From positions 2,528,001 to 2,592,000 of the forward strand of contig OZ253375.1 in assembly GCA_965261005.1 (NCBI GenBank): 64,000 nucleotides of DNA, written 5' to 3'. This document shows positions 54,101-64,000 of this stretch, piece by piece; the stretch's first letter is position 1, and every line of letters starts with the position of its first letter. The position numbers and the translations under genes were made by a program. Source of the stretch: Deinococcus sp. Its GTDB lineage: Bacteria > Deinococcota > Deinococci > Deinococcales > Deinococcaceae. The notes under the pieces are model-generated. The model was not told the origin of the DNA, ran no database searches, and was given only the letters and a program-made list of their open reading frames with translations.

Positions 54101-55537
54101 GTACGGAAATGGGAGCAAGACCAGGCCACAAGTCAACGATCTGATGGTCTTCGCGCCACACAGCAGCAACGGCCATGCTGGACACGTCGCCATCGTGATT
54201 GCCGCCTCCGATGATGGCGTCACCGTCGCCCAACAAAACGTAGATGCTGCGTTCACTGACATATTGCAGTTTAAGGAGCGTGGGTAGGGATGGCGTCTTG
54301 AGCGGCGTCGAGGTCGGCGAGTTCGAGGAGCAGGGCGGCACGGCGCACGTCGGCGAGCAGGGTGAGCCGCAGGGCTTTGGCCAGTTCACCCCAATCCGGC
54401 CACTCGCCAGGTGGCCGTGGTGGCAAGTCGAGATCGGCCAAGTGACACAGCAGGAAGGCCAAGGTCGAGAGGCACCAAAAGCGGAAGGCGCCCTGTTTGC
54501 TGTGCTGGGCAAAGCGTTCCAAACCGAAACGGCCTTTGATGGTTTTGAAGAACGCCTCGATCTTCCAGCGACGTTTGCCTACACGGGCCAGGTAGACACC
54601 GCCCAGTTTGCAGCTGGACATCACGAAACGCTGTTCGGGCTGCGTGTTGCGGTACAGCCAAACCCAAGAGACGGTCATGTGCTGACGCAGTCCTTGAGGG
54701 GTGACGGTCGAGCCACGCACGGTGAGGTCGGCGACGGTGCGGCCATCTGCGAGCTTGCGGTTTTTGCGCACGCCCACGATCAGATCGAACCCAACGTCGA
54801 GGACACCGTGGATGAAGGTGGCACACTCGAAGCCGCCGTCGGCATGCACGCGCGCCTTTCGACCGCTGCTGAGCAACCCCTTGGGAACGCTGCGGAGCAG
54901 TTTAAGGGCCAGCACGGCGGGTGAGGGGGTGCCTTTACCGCGCCAGACCTGGACGGCCCAGGGCAAGCGGAGCGGACCACAGCAGAGGTAGAGGACGACC
55001 AGATGAACGCCGTGGACGCCGTTGTAGACGTGCATCCAGTCATCCAACTGCTCAAAGTGGCCGGTCTTTTCCAAGCTGGTGAGGTCGATCAAGAGTTCGA
55101 GGCGGGGACGCTGGTGGGGAGCTGAGCGCCAGAAGTCGAGGAGCGTTTGCTGAGCGTGGTGACGCAGGGCGCGAACGAGGGAGCGGGTGGACCAGCCGTA
55201 GTGGTTGAGAAACCGGCTGATGGCAGCGGGAGACTTGACGGTGGCTTGACTGGGGAATGGTCGGCCCTTGGCTTCGAGGAGCAAGTCGAGGAAGACGCGC
55301 AACGAGTCGCGGTGCTGCTTACGAGCGAAGCTCTTGAGGATGTCAGAATAGAGTTGTCTGGAACGTGCTTCTTTTGGATTCACACCCCAGCTTGGGGCCA
55401 AAACCGCGTTCCAGACAACCCCTATGAAATCTGCAACATGTCAGTTCACCCAAGTCCTTACGTTCCAAATATCCTCAGCTGCTCAATGGCATGTCAACTC
55501 CAGAGGTGCTACGGTGCTGGGATGGTTAAGGAAATGA
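51174..55537 (+). pseudogene. second DUF4157 effector (GH19-like + CHAP), broken by in-frame TAG (51666-51668) and an IS
   Basis: Colinear with 1792-~3680; HEVTH at 52185; GDGYKYRGRGFVQLTG; YGLKWQCVEFVRRYY...GHVAIV...QQN; removing the IS restores ...FTQVLTFQISSAAQWHVNSRGATVLGWLRK*. Confidence 0.85.
54256..55444 (-). mobile_element. IS element (IS701-like DDE transposase, CDS 54271-55383)
   Basis: IRs CTGACATATTGCAG and CTGCAACATGTCAG; TTCA TSD at 54252-54255 and 55445-55448; DLT..., ADGGF, RWKIEAFFKTIK. Confidence 0.9.
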
Positions 55538-56205
55538 ATAAATATAAGCCTTTTATACTGTCTTCTGTAATTGGTTTTTTCTTGATGGTGAGCGCCAGAG
55601 AAAATGAGGCAGTCCCTTTGTATGGGAGCACTATATCAATACTTACTACGGAGTTTTGCAAGAAGTATAAATGTAAAATAGAAGAATCTATAAAGTATGA
55701 CAGATCGAAGACTTTAGGATTTACACAAACGATTAGAGCAACATATCCACCGGACAAATACTCTGGCGCAGTTTCTGATTATAATTGGAACGAATTTACA
55801 GTATATATAGATAAATCCAATCGAAATATTGGAGTGCTTGTGCAATTTATAGAAGACTACAACGGGCAGGTCGTATCTTACGACGATTCCCAATTCGCTA
55901 CTGATTTAACTTATTTAATGGTCGGTAAAAAGTATATTATGCGCCCCAATAGAGGAGACGATATAAGCAGCTTATGTTTTTCCTATCTCGACAAGGATTA
56001 CCAATACAAAGTCCTTACCAAAGGGAGCGTCACTACTTCTTCGGGCGAGAAAAAACCATACGTGGTCTACTGCGATATTCTTCCAGGATCACCTTATCCA
56101 AATATGTTTCCGGTGAATGAAAAGCGTTACAAAGTCAAGCCTATGCTTGAAATCTTCAGCTCTGTGCAGTTTAAGCCGGCCAAGCAGTTCGATCCTAACA
56201 AATAG
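55534..56205 (+). CDS. exported partner / putative immunity protein, type B
   Basis: ATGA overlap with the restored toxin stop; signal peptide; AT-rich; paralog follows the other CHAP tip. Confidence 0.72.
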   Translation: MNKYKPFILSSVIGFFLMVSARENEAVPLYGSTISILTTEFCKKYKCKIEESIKYDRSKTLGFTQTIRATYPPDKYSGAVSDYNWNEFTVYIDKSNRNIGVLVQFIEDYNGQVVSYDDSQFATDLTYLMVGKKYIMRPNRGDDISSLCFSYLDKDYQYKVLTKGSVTTSSGEKKPYVVYCDILPGSPYPNMFPVNEKRYKVKPMLEIFSSVQFKPAKQFDPNK

Positions 56206-56240
56206 AGCATTATCAATTCTGTTACGCGGCCCCGCAAGGG

Positions 56241-56546
56241 GTGGATGACCTTCAGCCCGGCGACATCCTCTTCTGGGACGTGCCCAAGCAGTATGGTCAT
56301 GTCGCCATCTACGTGGGAGGTGGACAGGTGGCAGGGAATCACTATGCAGTCTATATGAGAAAGCAACGCGAATTTAAAGAACGTGAACAGCCCCTCCCAG
56401 GTCACCCCGTAAAAATGGGCGCCCTCACTGTTTACGATGGCGTAGATTCAAGGGGAATACTTCCCATCGAAAAAGTAGTATCCGCCAAACATCCACCCCT
56501 TCTATTCGCCCGCTTACCCGAAGCTTGGTCTCCGAGGAAGAAGTGA
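56241..56546 (+). pseudogene. orphan NlpC/P60 toxin C-terminal fragment
   Basis: VDDLQPGDILFWDVPKQYGHVAIY homologous to 4657-4962; lacks the catalytic Cys half. Confidence 0.85.
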
Positions 56547-57487
56547 AAGTTTTAAATCTGCTTTTTTTGGGCTGTGTTTTCTCTACTGCCATAGCTCAGG
56601 AGGTGACCTGGAAAGACCTAAACTTCCTTGGGCAGCTTTATAACATAAAGCTGCCCAATCCAGATAGGACTATAAGAATAAGGAAGGGTATAAACGAGTG
56701 GCTTAAAGACCCTAATCTTATTTCCATACCTTATCTTTCAGCACACATACCTCTTCGAGCTGATACTTTACCGGAAATGAATAATAATACGGTATGGAAA
56801 AGGTTTTACAACTATGAGATATTTGCATCAGATAAATAGCATTATGCATCCGGATACAATGTTGAACTAATTAATGGTCCTACTTGTGACCCCAATCCAT
56901 TTAAGGGTAGTTGTGCAGCTGGCTCCTTCTATGCACTTTTTAACGCTCCGGATTTAAAATTCATCCAAAGTGCAGACTCGGTGAAAAAAGAGCCTTTAAC
57001 AGAACGATCAATCCCGATTGCTTATGGTTTAACGGGGTATCTTTCGACTGCCTCTATTGAATGGCTCTATAACAAGGGTTATTACGTTCTTAGTACCCTC
57101 CTCTCTCCCATCGAAAACGTCATCCTCGCCAACGCCTCCAACCCGGACCTCAAGGATCCGAGGGAGCCGAACTACAACAAGCCCTTTGCTGGCACCATCA
57201 GCAAGAACCTGAAGGTCAACATGCAGCTGCGCCGCAGCGGCAAGTGGCTGTGGGGCACCTACTTCTATGACAAGGGCAAGCCCGTACCACTCCAGGACCG
57301 ACTGTACGTCGTCGGAACTGTGGGCAAAGATGGTAGCGCGACGCTCAAGGAGTACGCCTTCGACAACGCCGAGAACAGCGCCAGCCAGTCCGGCACCTTT
57401 AAGGGTAAGCTGAATGACAAGACCTTTTCTGGCACCTGGTCCGCACCGAAGGGCCAGCCTCTGCCGTTTCAGCTCGCGGCGAAGTGA
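56543..57487 (+). pseudogene. type A partner variant with in-frame TAG (56837-56839)
   Basis: GTGA overlap; both ORF pieces are in one frame and align along 4959-5906. Confidence 0.82.
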
Positions 57488-57543
57488 CGGCCGGCTGAGC
57501 GTGGGCGCCAAGTGTCTTGGCGTTCTCCCGCGCTCTAGGAAGA

Positions 57544-58413
57544 ACGGGGCGTTTGGCGAGCGAGAACTTCAAGGTTGACGGCCAATTGCCGAACCTGATT
57601 GACCATCCCGAGCTGCTGACCAGCAACAAAGTCCTGGCCGCCAAGATTCTGGTCGAGGGCATGCGCGACGGTCAGTTCAGCGGCAAGAAGTTGCAAGACT
57701 ACCTCTCGACCAAGGACCACAAACAAGACTTCAAGGGCGCGCGCTGGATCGTGAACTCGCAAGACGCCGCCCAGCACCTCGCGGACGGTGCCCAGGCGTT
57801 GTTGGGTGAGTTGGGCGAGATGGAAGCGGACGAGCAGCCGGCGGGAGCGCTGAAGTACAGCGAGGTCGGCGACGAGCGCAAACGGCAACTCACCAAGCAA
57901 AAGATGCGGGCCTGGGGAACGGAGATTGGCGAGGTGAACGGCGTCAAAGCGTTCTTCAATGCCCGCGACGGCGGCAACCAGGGCAGACACTACTCGACTG
58001 ATGGCAAGCACTACGACTACGGCCTGAAGTGGCAGTGCGTGGAGTTCGTGCGACGCTACTATTACGACGTGCTGGGGCATGAGTTCAGGACCAAGGGCGA
58101 CGCCCACGGCTACTTCGACCACGAGGTCAAGGATGGTGAAGTGAACGGCGCCCGTGGATTGGTGCAGTACGGAAATGGGAGCAAGACCAGGCCACAAGTC
58201 AACGATCTGATGGTCTTCGCGCCACACAGCAGCAACGGCCATGCTGGACACGTCGCCATCGTGATTGCCGCCTCCGATGATGGCGTCACCGTCGCCCAAC
58301 AAAACGTAGACGCTACTTTCACTCAAGGCATTCCGTTAATCAAAATATCGTCCCATTCTTGGAAAATAGAAGCACGATTGGCGCCCGTACTAGGATGGTT
58401 GAGAAAGGCATAA
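57544..58413 (+). pseudogene. orphan GH19-tail + CHAP C-terminal cassette with alternative tip
   Basis: 57544-58310 repeats 53478-54244, then diverges to TQGIPLIKISSHSWKIEARLAPVLGWLRKA*. Confidence 0.85.
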
Positions 58414-58416
58414 ATT

Positions 58417-60349
58417 ATGCATAAGATCGGCTTGACTTTAGTATTATTTTTGACTGGACTTGGTTACTGCGAAGGCATTTATGGAACAAAGTCCGATATA
58501 GAATTCACTGCTTTTTGTAAAAAGTATAAATGTAAGTTAAAAGAAGACAGAAGCTATATAAGCAATGGAGAGAAGTTGACTCAAAAAACATTCAGCGTAA
58601 CTTATCCTCCAGACAAATATTCGGGTCCGAACCCCGATTTTGATAAAGCAGATTTTACTATTCAGAGAGATAGAGCTAACCAAATCAGGTATGTTCGAGC
58701 AGAGTTTATTGAGTATTACGATAGGAATACTATGCTAAGCTATGGAGACTCGGAGTTTTCTAGAGACTTAGTCTATTTGATGGTCGGTAAAAAGTACGTC
58801 ATGCGACCCAACATGGGAGATGATATGAGCAGCTTATGCTTCTCCTACCTCGACAAAGATGATCAGTCTGACGGCCTGACAGATTTTATGAGGGTGAGCG
58901 AAAAACGAGCTTCCAGCCGACTTCGAGCGTGGTCAGTGGGGTAGGACGAGGGCGCTTTCGAGTCCCCAGCGGTTCAGGGTCAGGGCCACCCTGGAGGATC
59001 AGGCGGGTGAACACCGCCTGACCCCGGCTGAGGGCGTACTGAACGGCCCGTAGACCGATTTTGAGATAGCTCAATCCCCGCTGCCAGTGGGGATCAACCA
59101 CTCGGCGAGCGCCGCTGTGTACGGTCTGAAGTCCCTCCGAGACGAGCAGAAGCGTAGCGACCGAGATGACCAAGACCAGCCGCTCCAGGCTGGCCACATC
59201 GCGAAGTTTGGCATCTTCCAGATCGAAGAGGCCGCTTTTCTCGTCCAGAAACCCCTCTTCGATCTGGAAGCGTGCGCCGTACTCGGTAAACGTCTTCACG
59301 CTCGTCGGTTCGTCACTCACCACCTGCCACTGCTCTAGGCCGTCTGTCGGACGGCCCAGAGCGACGTGAACGGAACCGAAGTGCTGTCCAGTCAAGGTGA
59401 TGTTGTGAAAGCAACGGGTCTCTCTGGGCGAAAGTCGCACCTCACCCACCTTGCACAACCGCTGTCCATCTGGAGCAGCCAGAATCAAGCTCGATTTGAT
59501 GCGGATGCGGTAATGCCAGCCGCAGACTCGGAGCCACGCCATCAGTTCCGTATCGCAGAACCCTCGATCGGCCAGCAGGCGAACTTGATGTAGGCCAAGG
59601 AAGTCGAGCATCCCCTTGACTTCGGCCAGCACGGGGAGCAGGTGGGCGGTGCTGACCTGGGCGCTGGAATGTTCAAGGACACGCGAGACCAGCGGAACTG
59701 CTCGTCCCCGAAAGAGCACCGAGACGCGGATCAGGCAAAACTTCTCGAACAGGACGCTGGTATCCAGGGCCAGGATCAGGGGATGTCTGCCCCAGTCGCG
59801 GAGGGCACGGGTGATCAGCGGACCGTAAACACTGGTGGGATCAACGGCTGGATTCTCCAGCCACCGACGAACTCGGCGTTCGCTGCTTTGCGCGAAGGTG
59901 GCACGAGAGTGGATGTGAGGGAGCCAAGCGGGGATAGAGCTGCGCTGGGAGAGCAGCAGGCCGCTGACCATCCAAGCGAGGGTACGCGCATTGCGGATGT
60001 CGTTCCAGAGAGCAGTCTGGAGCTGAGCGAGAACAGCTTGATAGAGTCGGGCAGCGTCCCCGCTGGCATTTTCGGTCTTCACAAACAGAAAGTGTCCCAC
60101 AGCGGGGACGCTTTCTCATACTTTCTGTCAGGCCCTCAGGATGATCAGTACAAAGTCCTCACCAAAGGAAGCGTCACTACTTCTTCGGGCGAGAAAAAGC
60201 CGTATGTGGTCTACTGCGACATTCTTCCGGGATCACCTTATCCAAACATGTTTCCGGTGAACGAAGAGCGTTACAAAGTCAAACCCATGCTTGAAATTTT
60301 CAGCTCTGTGCAATTCAAATCGGCCAAGCAGTTCGATCCCAGCAAATAG
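58417..60349 (+). pseudogene. type B partner variant interrupted by an IS
   Basis: 58417-58867 plus 60150-60349 gives 217 in-frame codons homologous to 55534-56205. Confidence 0.85.
58868..60139 (-). mobile_element. IS4-family element (transposase 58886-60100)
   Basis: IRs CTGACGGCCTGACAGA and TCTGTCAGGCCCTCAG; 10-bp [37 protein letters not shown]. Confidence 0.9.
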
Positions 60350-60469
60350 TGTCTTCTTCGGCCAGACGTTCTGAAACTGCTTGTAATTAATGAGGTAACG
60401 CTATACAACAAGATGCCCCTCCCAACTTGATAGGGAGGGGCTGCATTAGAAAGCATCCAGCGCTTTTGC

Positions 60470-61495
60470 TTACTTGTTGCCCAACTGCTTTTGCGCCTGC
60501 TGGGCCGACTGAAGGTGCTGCTGAAGAACTGGCAGGCCCTTGCTGGCGAACTGACGCACATTCTGGTCGCTGGCGTTGGCCTGCTGGCTGTAGGAGCGGA
60601 ACAAGGCGATGGCCGCGCCGTGCGCGTTGATCTGGTCGGCGATGTAGGTAGCGTCGAAGCTGGTCCCGCTCAGGTTCTTGAGCGCCGAGATCAGCTTTTG
60701 CTGGTCGGGGTTGACCTGCTGCGGCGGCTGGGCGTTGTAGCTGGCCGCCAAGGTCTTGAGCTGGTTGCCCAATTGCTGGTGGTCATTGATAATCGTCTGG
60801 GCGAGCTTTTTGACGGCGCTGCTGTTGCTGCGCTGCAAGGCGACCTGTGAACTTTGAATCTCGAACAGGTTGGAGCGCGCCGCTTGGTCGAGAAAGCACA
60901 CCTCCGCCGTGCTGAGGCTGCTCAGGCTGGCGCCCGCCGCCGCGCTGCCCGTCGTGCTGGTGCCCGCCGTACCGGTGGTCGTGGCACCCGTCGTGCCGAC
61001 CGTCCCGGTTGTGCCTGCGGTTCCAGTTGTCCCCGCAGCCGTGCCGGTGGTCCCGGTTGTGCTGCCGACCGTCCCCGCACCGGAGCCAGCGGTTCCAGTC
61101 GTGGCCGTGCCCGTCGTTCCGCCGGCTGTTCCAGTGCTGGTGCCTGCGGTTCCAGTCGTCCCGGTTGTGCCTGTGGCCGTTCCGGTGGTGCCGGTCGTGC
61201 TGCCAGCTGTGCCCGTCGTCCCGGTGGTCGCGGTTCCGGTCGTGCCCGCCGTTGTGCCCGTTGTCCCAGCGGTATTGGCCGTGCCGGTCGTTGCGGTTCC
61301 AGCCGTGCCCGTGCCGGTGGTCGCACTCCCCTGGTTGTTTTGGCCGCTGGCCGCGCCGGTGCGGTCGAGGCAGGAGATGATCTGCTGGCCGTTTTGGGCC
61401 GTGGACCTGCTGGGCGTGGTGTTCTGCTGAGCAAAGGCGACCCAGCCCATGCTCAGGGTGGCGCTGAGGGTCAACACTGCGAGGGATGGCTTCAT
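60470..61495 (-). CDS. exported DUF4142 protein with long Thr/Gly/Ala low-complexity insert
   Basis: AAGGAG SD; signal peptide; GTTGTA-type repeats; FLDQAARSNLFEIQSSQVAL...DH...FDATY...HLQSA. Confidence 0.82.
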   Translation of the reverse strand: MKPSLAVLTLSATLSMGWVAFAQQNTTPSRSTAQNGQQIISCLDRTGAASGQNNQGSATTGTGTAGTATTGTANTAGTTGTTAGTTGTATTGTTGTAGSTTGTTGTATGTTGTTGTAGTSTGTAGGTTGTATTGTAGSGAGTVGSTTGTTGTAAGTTGTAGTTGTVGTTGATTTGTAGTSTTGSAAAGASLSSLSTAEVCFLDQAARSNLFEIQSSQVALQRSNSSAVKKLAQTIINDHQQLGNQLKTLAASYNAQPPQQVNPDQQKLISALKNLSGTSFDATYIADQINAHGAAIALFRSYSQQANASDQNVRQFASKGLPVLQQHLQSAQQAQKQLGNK

Positions 61496-61800
61496 GATGA
61501 ACTCCTTGTTTGAAGGGCGTATATTATCTGTTATGATTAGAGCGAGGCTTTAGAAGCCTGAAGCTGAACAAGAGAAACATTTTTGTTGGTGGCACCTCCA
61601 GCAGACAAGACGTGAGTCAAACCGAAACTTATTTTCTTCCCCGTCCATTTCATAGCCCTAAAAAACAAGTAAACTTAGATTCACCGCTTTGTACGACCAA
61701 GCATGGTTCTAGTGAAGCTGGTTTCATGCTGTAAGCCAGAACCGTCCGGCTCCACCTTTTGGCGGACGCCGGCGCGCCGCTCGCCCGCTACGCTCGGGTC

Positions 61801-63540
61801 ATGATGAACGCTATGACACCAGCGCCAAGCGCGCCGCCGCGCGGCTACTTCGGTGAGCTGCTCGATCCCGCCACCTACAAGCGCCTGCTGTACCACCTGC
61901 TGGCCTTTCCTCTCGGGCTGCTGTACTTCGTGGTGCTGGTCGTGGGCGTCTCGCTGGGCGCCGGCCTGCTGGTGATCGTGGTGGGCGCCGCGCTGCTGCT
62001 GGCGACGCTGTGGCTGGTGACGGCCTTTGCCGACCTTGAGCGCGTTCTGGGCGAGGCGCTGCTGAACGTGCCACTGCCGCGCCGCCGCGCCCCGTTGCGG
62101 CCGGACGGCGTCTGGGCCTGGGTCAGGCAGGCTGTTTCGGACGCCGACACCTACAGGGCGCTGCTGTACCTGCTGCTCAAGTTTCCCTTCGGCGTGCTGA
62201 CCTTCGGCCTGGGCGCGGCGCTGCTGGGGGCCAGCCTCGCCCTGATCTGGGCGCCGCTGAGCTTGTGGTGGGGGCCGCCGGGCGTGTACTTCTTCTTTTC
62301 GGACGGGGCTTACCAGCTCACGCCCGCCGCCGCCGTCGCGGCCCCCATCGGCGGGGTGGCGCTGCTGGTGCTGGGCCTGAGCGTCTTGAACCTGCTGGCG
62401 CGCGGCTGGGCCGCCGTCAGCGTGGCGCTGCTGACCGGCGGAGAGGGCGCCGCCGCCCAGCGCGAGGTGCAAGCTCTGCAACGGGGCGCGCGGGTGGTGA
62501 CGCTGGGGGGCGATTTGAGCGCCACCCTCGGGGAGCTGCTGGCACAGGGCCTGGACGCCACCGCCGCCGGGGCCGCCGTGGTCGTGAGCGGCGCTCAGCT
62601 GCTGGCCGGGCGCGGGCTGGCCGATTCGCAAACCGACATGTCGGCCCTGCGCGCGGCCGTTCTGATTCCGCAAGAGCCGGGCCGCGCGCTGCTGACGCCG
62701 GACGGTGGCACCCTCTTGGGCGCGAAGCTCGGCGCGCTGGCGACCTTCAGGCTGCCGGCCCCAGCGGGAGAGGCGGGCGCGCTGCACGTCGCCTACCCGT
62801 TGAGGGTGGCCCCGTCGCGCCGCGAGCTGGCCTTTTGGGGCGCCGTTGCGGACCAAGCGGCCGTCGCCCTGGAGACCGACCGCTTGCTGCGCCGGGCGCA
62901 CGCGCGGGGCGGGGAAGAGGAGCGGGCGCGGGTGGCGCGCGAGCTGCACGACTCGGTGGCGCAGGCGCTGTACGGCATCTCGCTGGGCGCCAAGGCCGCC
63001 CGCGCCCAGGTGACCAGTTCGGCTCCCGGCGGTTCCGAGGGGGCCGCCGAGAGCCTGAACTACGTGGCCGAGCTGGCCGACGGCGCCTCCGCCGAGATGA
63101 AGGCCCTGCTGTTCTCGCTGCGCCCCGATGCCCTTGCCGAAGGGGGTCTGACGCCCGCCTTGGCGCGCCTCGTGGACGTGCTGCGCCTGCGCTACAAGCT
63201 GAGCGCTGGCCTGAGCGCCCCCGAGGCGCCGGGGTTGTCTGGAGAGGTGGCGGGCGCGCTGTACCGCATCGCCCAGGAGGCGGCGCACAACGCCGTCAAG
63301 CACGCCGGGGCGCGCACGGTCGAGCTGGCACTCGACCGCGACGGGGACGAATGGGTCCTGAGCGTGCGCGACGACGGCGCCGGCTTCGACCCGGGCCAGC
63401 TGTCGGGGGGCACGTTGGGCTTGCAGGGCATGCGCGAGCGGGCGCAGGCCATCCACACGGCGCTCAAGGTCACGTCTGCCCCCGGCGCGGGCACGGTCGT
63501 CAGCGTGCGCGTGCCCGTTCAAGCGGGAGACCCCACATGA
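61801..63540 (+). CDS. membrane sensor histidine kinase (HisKA_3 type)
   Basis: TM sensor region; EERARVARELHDSVAQ, QEAAHNAVKHA, DDGAGF, GLQGMRERA. Confidence 0.92.
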   Translation: MMNAMTPAPSAPPRGYFGELLDPATYKRLLYHLLAFPLGLLYFVVLVVGVSLGAGLLVIVVGAALLLATLWLVTAFADLERVLGEALLNVPLPRRRAPLRPDGVWAWVRQAVSDADTYRALLYLLLKFPFGVLTFGLGAALLGASLALIWAPLSLWWGPPGVYFFFSDGAYQLTPAAAVAAPIGGVALLVLGLSVLNLLARGWAAVSVALLTGGEGAAAQREVQALQRGARVVTLGGDLSATLGELLAQGLDATAAGAAVVVSGAQLLAGRGLADSQTDMSALRAAVLIPQEPGRALLTPDGGTLLGAKLGALATFRLPAPAGEAGALHVAYPLRVAPSRRELAFWGAVADQAAVALETDRLLRRAHARGGEEERARVARELHDSVAQALYGISLGAKAARAQVTSSAPGGSEGAAESLNYVAELADGASAEMKALLFSLRPDALAEGGLTPALARLVDVLRLRYKLSAGLSAPEAPGLSGEVAGALYRIAQEAAHNAVKHAGARTVELALDRDGDEWVLSVRDDGAGFDPGQLSGGTLGLQGMRERAQAIHTALKVTSAPGAGTVVSVRVPVQAGDPT

Positions 63541-64000
63541 CCCGTTCCCGTTTCGAGCCGCCCGCCCGCGACATCCTGACCCGCATCCTGATCAGCTTGA
63601 TCGTGCTGGCGGGCGCGGCGGCGTCCCTTCGCCTCGCCCTGCGTCCCGCCGGGGCAGTTGGCGCGGCGACGCGGACCCTTTCCGAACCCCTCAACTCCGC
63701 CGGGCGGGCGCGCGTCACGCTGGACCTCGGGGCGGGCGACCTGCGGGTGGGGCCGCTGGGGGAGGCGGCGCCGGCCACGCTGCTGAAGGCGACCCTGCGC
63801 GCCCCGGCCGGCGCCACCTTGGAGAGGCAACGCTCGAACGGCGGCGGCGTCGCCAAGCTCGACCTGGAGCTGCTCGGCCCAGCCACCTTCCCGAACGGGT
63901 CGGGCTGGGTCTTCGGGTTTGGCGGGTCGTCGCGCTTCCACACGCTGAGCGTGAACCTCAGCGGGCGGGTGCCGCTCGACTTGAGCGCCGGGCTGGGATC
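63537..64000 (+). CDS. membrane-anchored beta-rich protein (LiaF/toast-rack-like), 3' truncated by window edge
   Basis: ATGA overlap with the kinase; TM then ARVTLDLGAGDLRV...VPLDLSAGLG. Confidence 0.55.
   Translation, partial: MTRSRFEPPARDILTRILISLIVLAGAAASLRLALRPAGAVGAATRTLSEPLNSAGRARVTLDLGAGDLRVGPLGEAAPATLLKATLRAPAGATLERQRSNGGGVAKLDLELLGPATFPNGSGWVFGFGGSSRFHTLSVNLSGRVPLDLSAGLG

Larger units (their letters stand above)
53478..58310 (+). repeat. ~767-bp direct repeat pair (53478-54244 and 57544-58310)
   Basis: Appears identical by eye; identical ORF translations offset by 4066 bp. Confidence 0.9.

Noticed and set aside
51666..56839. Two in-frame TAGs as programmed amber readthrough or recoding
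   Set aside because: No suppressor or pyl genes seen, TAG ends many normal genes here, and the locus is otherwise decaying
60950..61330. Repetitive DNA as a CRISPR array or satellite
   Set aside because: No constant repeat with unique spacers; explained by Thr/Gly/Ala codons on the - strand

Overview
High-GC bacterial chromosomal window, most consistent with Deinococcota (inference from gene content, split PRODH/P5CDH, a lone gatC next to serS, and many apparently leaderless TAnnnT-N5-7-ATG starts). The core (about 13-51 kb) is ordinary: tRNA-Ser, catalase, proline catabolism, a YnjBCD-like ABC transporter, meaB, purM, polyprenyl synthase, P450, gatC and serS. The standout is a two-locus polymorphic toxin/immunity system. 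At 1792-5906 an intact 1056-aa protein (QR-rich N-terminus, DUF4157/HExxH domain, two beta-rich domains, GH19/lysozyme-like domain, NlpC/P60 domain) is translationally coupled to a signal-peptide partner. At 51174-60349 a paralog with a CHAP C-terminus and a different partner is followed by two orphan 'toxin C-terminus + partner' cassettes. This second locus is degraded by two in-frame amber codons and two IS elements with clear IRs and TSDs. Also present: a xenorhodopsin-type opsin, an ABC-F gene with a candidate uORF attenuator, and an orphan structured small transcript. All calls come from reading the sequence; no searches were run.
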